A DNA stretch of 62,768 bases, filler included, from Nemertoderma westbladi (Eukaryota > Animalia > Xenacoelomorpha), in NCBI GenBank assembly GCA_032718475.1. It is 3 parts of 3 records of this genome, joined end to end, with 100 filler letters (N's around TTAATTAATTAA, not from the genome) between each part and the next. Parts side by side here need not be neighbours in the genome. Positions count along the whole stretch, not along the records: positions 49,758 to 62,768 come from JAUCBJ010003858.1; 2 more parts are not named here. One strand, given 5' to 3'. Numbering within the stretch: the stretch's first letter is position 1; every line of letters begins with the position of its first letter. A program made the translations under genes and the position numbers. The notes under the pieces were generated by a model. That model saw nothing but the letters and a program-made list of their open reading frames with translations. It did no database searches and was not told the origin of the DNA. Positions 60,455-62,768 of the stretch are shown piece after piece.

Positions 60455-62768
60455 AGCATGCTGATAAGGTCGGCGGAAGGTAATCAACCAACGGCGACCT
60501 ACTGCGAAGACGCTTGTAGGAGTTGCGACCACAAGCGGTTTACTCCCGCAACTGAAAGATATGAGTATGAGAACCCTCCAGGAGAAATACCGGCTCGGTC
60601 GTCGTCCAGGTCAACAAGGACCGCGTCCCTCAGTGGTACACCAGGCTGGGGTCGATAAATTGGCTACTGGAACAGAAGACAGAGAAGAAAGAAGAACCAA
60701 CCTGTTGAAATGTAAAAAGACACTAAAGATTGCTACAATGAACGCACGCACGCTGAAAGCACAGAGCAAACAGGGTGACATGGTCGCTCTGGCAATGGAA
60801 TATAACACCGACATCATCTGCATCCAAGAACATCGGATTTGTCATGAAGACACTGCCATGAAGTACAATGACATTGGAAATGGATGGACGTTAGTAACAA
60901 GCTCAGCAGTAAGAAACTCGGCCAATGCATCAATTGGTGGAGTAGGAATTCTGCTAAGCCCATTTGCACTTAAGACCCTAAACAACATCGAATCTATAAA
61001 TTCCAGGGTTATGATCGCAACATTTGATGGGAATCCCAAGACAACAGTTATATGTTGCTACAGTCCAACCAATGCATCAGAGCCAGAACAAGCAGTCAAG
61101 TTTTATGAAGAACTGACTGGACTTATTAAGGACTTCCCGAAACACAATGTTAAAGTCATTGCTGGTGACCTGAATGCGCAAATTGGCCCAGAAGACATCA
61201 AGGGTTACACCTATAACACCAGTTCTAAAAGAAATGGGTACTTACTTTTAGACCTAATGGAAGAATGTGAATTGATACCAACAAACAACACATTCGAAAA
61301 GAGTAAGGGGAAGCTATGGACCTTTCAATACCCTAATGGAACCAAAGCACAACTGGATTACATCCTTATAAACAAAAAGTGGAGAAATAGCATGATCAAC
61401 TGCGAGGCATACAGCTCGTTCAACCTAATTGGTTCGGACCACAGAATTGTGACTGCAGAGATCAGACTCAGTTTGAGAGCCAGCAAACCCAGGACAAGCA
61501 AGCAAATCAACTATGACTGGGAGAAACTCAGAACTGACAATGCTGTAAAGGATGCTTATACAGTAGAAGTTCAAAACCGCTTTGAAGCACTTCAGTCAAT
61601 GGATGAAGACCAATCCACCGATTCAATATACCAGAATATAATAACAGCCCACAAGGAATCAGCTAAGAGGCATATCCCCCAGAAACCTAAACGAAAACAG
61701 TATGTGCCATGGCAAAACTCTGAGGTTACTTGTAAGAGAGAAGATCTTAAGATAGCCTACAAAGTTAAAACCGAACAACCAACAACCGAAAACATTAACA
61801 AGGTTGAGAAAGCTAAGGACGATCTTAAATTGGCCTACAACATCAGCCAGGAAAAGTACATACAGGATAAAACTGAAGCAATTACAACTGCTCACATACA
61901 GCAACAATCAAGACTTACCTGGCAAACTGTAAATGAGGTATCTGGTCGGAAAAGTTGTGCAAAGGGGCGCCTCAAAGCCGATAGTCCTGAAGAACGTGTT
62001 GGGAAGTGGAAAAATCACTTCAGCAACTTGCTTGGGCAGCCACCAAACATCGAGGTCAGCCCTACAAGGAAAATATATGACAAGACACTACCTATAGAAA
62101 CAGGGGACTTCACACCTGCCGAACTCCAAAGAAGCATTAAAAGCATGTCCAATAATAAAGCGAGTGGATTAGATGAAATCCCAGCGGAGGTATGGAAAAC
62201 CGGAGTGCTAAACAGACCATTATTGAATGTTTGCAACCGGATGTTAAAAGGGGAAAAGCCACCACCAATTTGGACTAAAGGTCAACTAAAGCCTCTCCCC
62301 AAGAAAGGAGACCTCGGCATACCAACAAACTATCGTGGGATCTGTCTGCTTGTGGTAGCTGCCAAAATATACAATAAAATGATTCTATATAGGATTAGGC
62401 CTCACATAGAGAAACTACTGCGTAAGAGCCAAAACGGATTTCGACCAAGTAGATCAACAATAGCTCAGATACTTGCACTACGGAGACTGATTGAAGGAAT
62501 TATGTCAAAGAATCTCCCCGCAGTCATGACTTTTGTGGACTTCAAGAAGGCATTCGACTCCATCCATAGAGGCAAAATGCTTGAAATCCTAAGAGCTTAT
62601 GGAATACCAGAAGTAATTGTTGCTGGCATTGGATTGTTATATTGTGACACAGAAGCGCAGGTACTCTCACCAGATAGTGAAGTTTTTCTCAATCCTGGCT
62701 GGCGTACTGCGAGGTGACTCATTAGCACCATTACTATTTGTAATTGTACTGGATTACGCAATGAGGAC
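60455..62768 (+). mobile_element. RTE-clade LINE, near full-length at 5' end, runs off right edge
   Basis: GC step at ~60455, structured leader, endonuclease-RT ORF; 61470 onwards nearly identical to 9290 onwards. Confidence 0.92.
60561..62717 (+). CDS. APE endonuclease-reverse transcriptase (RTE), frameshifted near 62680
   Basis: ATMNARTL, CIQEHR, YSPT, AGDLNA, LDYIL, SDH; RT up to DFKKAFDS; 5-bp deletion relative to the copy at ~10500 causes a premature stop. Confidence 0.88.
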   Translation: MSMRTLQEKYRLGRRPGQQGPRPSVVHQAGVDKLATGTEDREERRTNLLKCKKTLKIATMNARTLKAQSKQGDMVALAMEYNTDIICIQEHRICHEDTAMKYNDIGNGWTLVTSSAVRNSANASIGGVGILLSPFALKTLNNIESINSRVMIATFDGNPKTTVICCYSPTNASEPEQAVKFYEELTGLIKDFPKHNVKVIAGDLNAQIGPEDIKGYTYNTSSKRNGYLLLDLMEECELIPTNNTFEKSKGKLWTFQYPNGTKAQLDYILINKKWRNSMINCEAYSSFNLIGSDHRIVTAEIRLSLRASKPRTSKQINYDWEKLRTDNAVKDAYTVEVQNRFEALQSMDEDQSTDSIYQNIITAHKESAKRHIPQKPKRKQYVPWQNSEVTCKREDLKIAYKVKTEQPTTENINKVEKAKDDLKLAYNISQEKYIQDKTEAITTAHIQQQSRLTWQTVNEVSGRKSCAKGRLKADSPEERVGKWKNHFSNLLGQPPNIEVSPTRKIYDKTLPIETGDFTPAELQRSIKSMSNNKASGLDEIPAEVWKTGVLNRPLLNVCNRMLKGEKPPPIWTKGQLKPLPKKGDLGIPTNYRGICLLVVAAKIYNKMILYRIRPHIEKLLRKSQNGFRPSRSTIAQILALRRLIEGIMSKNLPAVMTFVDFKKAFDSIHRGKMLEILRAYGIPEVIVAGIGLLYCDTEAQVLSPDSEVFLNPGWRTAR

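Overview
Transposon-dominated, AT-rich eukaryotic (most likely invertebrate animal) DNA. It is three contigs joined by artificial 100-bp spacers (44 N + TTAATTAATTAA + 44 N at 25856-25955 and 49658-49757), so adjacency across these points is unproven. Only two clear host genes are present, both intronless: ORC5 (26041-27402) and a mu-crystallin/ornithine-cyclodeaminase-family gene (41175-42107). The rest is mobile DNA: a BEL/Pao retrotransposon with an uninterrupted gag-pol running off the left edge (absent from the ORF track), a complete Ty3/Gypsy element with identical LTRs, several RTE, RTE-X-like and CR1/L2-like LINE copies, a Penelope-like GIY-YIG remnant with a hammerhead-type motif, tRNA-derived SINEs, Kolobok- and Harbinger-type non-autonomous elements, a pogo element with a PHD finger and an IS630/Tc1-like transposase with an N-terminal RING finger, plus several satellites. 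The most notable observations are (i) pervasive TA-(2-4 nt)-TA insertions that look like Tc1/mariner/pogo excision footprints, demonstrable by internal comparisons and frameshifting three RT sites, (ii) the RING-HTH-DD32E transposase, (iii) retroelements inserted in 21-bp satellites and (iv) a pseudoknot just upstream of an RTE start codon. All calls are from manual reading; no database search was possible.
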